This document shows positions 61,915 to 64,000 of a stretch of DNA of 64,000 nt, in pieces. Each line of letters begins with the position of its first letter. The stretch's first letter is position 1. The notes under the pieces are model-generated. The model ran no database searches. It was not told the DNA's origin and saw only the letters and a list, made by a program, of their open reading frames with translations. The stretch spans positions 23,498,001 to 23,562,000 of the forward strand of contig NC_043008.1 in NCBI RefSeq assembly GCF_006345805.1, read 5' to 3'. A program made the position numbers and the translations under genes. This DNA is from Octopus sinensis (Eukaryota).

Positions 61915-62524
61915 TATTATTGCTATATATCACGGTAATAATACTATTTTGTTTGCATATATATATAATATAGGTGGTAATCTCTCTTATATGTATGTAA
62001 TACTATTTACCGAACCTCAGATTTTTAATATGCTAGACCACTGGTGTTAAATTGATGTTATCAAATTAATATCCGAGTTTTTCACCCTCATTTTAATTTT
62101 AATTTTAAATTAATACGTTCTCAAACCGGCAAAAGCTACTGCAGTAAATTATTTTATGCAGTATTATTTCCGGTAATTTAGCGCGCCAAAACGAGGACTT
62201 TTGAAAAATAACCACAAGTGTAATAGGTAGAACTACATACATATTCGACCTCGTTCGGATATCTGTGTATTGTTCCGAAAATTATATTTGTATGGACGAT
62301 CCTGAAGATCTACAGATAAATTGCGTAAGTAAAATTACGTAATTTGTTAATAGTGAAACATTGTTTATGATTAATCTATATTTTTGTTACTTTTCATCTG
62401 TCTTGCTCGTTTACGTTTCTGGTGTTTGCTAAATTTTCTAGAGAACAATTTTTAGCGGATCTACTTCTATCTTTAGGGTGTCCACATAGGTAGTAATCTC
62501 CCTTATATATATATATATATATAT

Positions 62525-63569
62525 TGTTATGGGGGTCAATTTGGGAAACAAATGCTATGACCTACTTTGCTCGTTGTAGTCTGAAAGTCTGGAACACAAA
62601 GTTATTGTCCTTTGTTCCGTCAGATTCTGGAAGGATTAATGAGTTTTGAGGAGACCTTTGGCCTTGTTCCGGTCAAAGAGAGGTCGAGGAAGCTACCCTA
62701 TAAAAGGCAGGAACTGAGTCTGTTGGACAGTCGGCCGGCAGTTCTGGCCAGAGACGGGAGTGATACGGAGGCGGTCAGTTGAGAAAGACAGACAGACAAT
62801 CTGAGGGATGACAAGCGAGAGAATGACAGTGAATGTGAAAGAGGAGGACAGGCAGATAAGATTACGGCGAGAGGCAACGACAACGTGGAGAAGGACGTAC
62901 ACATAGGATTAAGGATCTAAGAGAGAGGGACTACGGTATGAGGGCACTGGCCATTGTAGTAGCTCGTAACGGTATGTTTATTTATGTTTTGATATGTGTT
63001 AAAGAAGGAAAAAGAATTGTTGAAATGTAAAAGAATTGATGTGTTGAAAAAAGAGAAAGAAGGAAAGAGGAAAAAGAAAGAACTATGTAAAGACATTGTG
63101 AAAAGAGTTGTTGAAAAGAAAGAAGGAGAAAGACTTTAAAGAACTTTGAACTGTATCGTTAATGTAGAACTGATTTGTCTCTGAACTATAATGTGAACGT
63201 TAAAGTGATTTGAACTGTTGTCTCTGAACTGTTATTGTACCTGCATGCTTTGATTTGTTGTTTCTTTGTTTTCTTGCACGTATTTTCTTTGATGTATTTG
63301 ATGTAATAATTGTTATAAACTACTGTTGTTAAATGTAGCCAATTGCCTTCCGCCGTCTCTCTTTGTGTCTCTTCCTGCTGTTGTTTGTTTGTTGTTGTCC
63401 TCTCCGGTCGCCGGTTGCCGAGTTCGCTGCCGCCTTCCCCCACCGAATTCTCTCTCTCTGAGTCTGTAGCGAGTTCACTGTTCGATCGAGCCGGTCGATC
63501 GTCGTCGCTCGACTTGGTAGGGTCCCGGGTTTTCCGAAGAGTTTGGGCGATGGCAGGTGATTTGTAACA
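62525..63569 (+). mobile_element. Solo LTR (Gypsy-like) inserted in a (TA)n tract
   Basis: TGTTA...TAACA termini, 4-bp ATAT flanks, TATA box CTATAAAAGG at about 62698, no PBS or internal ORF. Confidence 0.75.
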
Positions 63570-63651
63570 ATATATATAATAAAAAATGGGACGAGAACGC
63601 AAAACATCAGGGCAGCTGGGTGATACAAAAAGGGACAACAAACCATCCAGA

Positions 63652-63878
63652 TAGACGATACAAAGAAAACAAGGACATGTCATTCGAAGTTTTTTTTCCT
63701 CAGACAGGCACGAGATTATCCTTGCAATTTCGGCTGATTATTCTTACGCTTGTAAACTATCAGCAAAATATGAAGAATCAACATCAAGAATAATCAGCCG
63801 AAATTGCGAGGATAATCTGATGCTTGACTAGGATAGAAAACTTCGAATGACCCGTCCTTGTTTTCTTTGTATCGTCTA
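63652..63878. repeat. Foldback palindrome (~93-bp diverged arms)
   Basis: 63652-63745 versus 63786-63878. Confidence 0.85.
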
Positions 63879-64000
63879 CCTCCATGTTTTATTGGAAAGA
63901 TCTGATTTTACTTGTGCTTCTGAAAACATAATTTATGTCATAAGATTCTCGGGCTGCCACCAAAACTACGTAGGGTCCACGGGATTATCACTCCGACGCA

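Noticed and set aside
63676-63710. HHR on the minus strand (CTGAGGA..GAATGACATGTC)
   Set aside because: Extra bases in the GAAA box, no stem II pairing and no stem I.

Overview
AT-rich eukaryotic DNA with no recognisable host exon, almost certainly from an octopus genome (octopod tRNA-SINE families, very dense (TA)n/(CA)n/(TACA)n microsatellites). The window is a mosaic of mobile elements: three near-full-length mariner transposons, a near-full-length Tx1-clade LINE (21850-27195, 14-bp TSD), Penelope-like (PLE), RTE, CR1-like and R4-like LINE remnants, Helitron-type elements, a solo LTR, MITE-like elements and about 12 SINEs. The most notable signal, read by eye, is at least 15 type-I hammerhead ribozyme (HHR) motifs in several unrelated contexts: (i) a ~353-nt non-coding monomer with a canonical HHR, in direct and inverted copies (retrozyme-like), with the Tx1 LINE inserted about 5 nt from the ribozyme; (ii) a ~1.75-kb tandem array of ~345-bp monomers, each carrying a CCGA-variant HHR with covarying stems; (iii) a 2.4-kb long-inverted-repeat element with a U3-A8 compensated HHR in each arm; (iv) PLE-end HHRs. 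Many (TA)n-anchored foldback palindromes occur throughout. All coordinates and structures come from manual reading and need computational confirmation.
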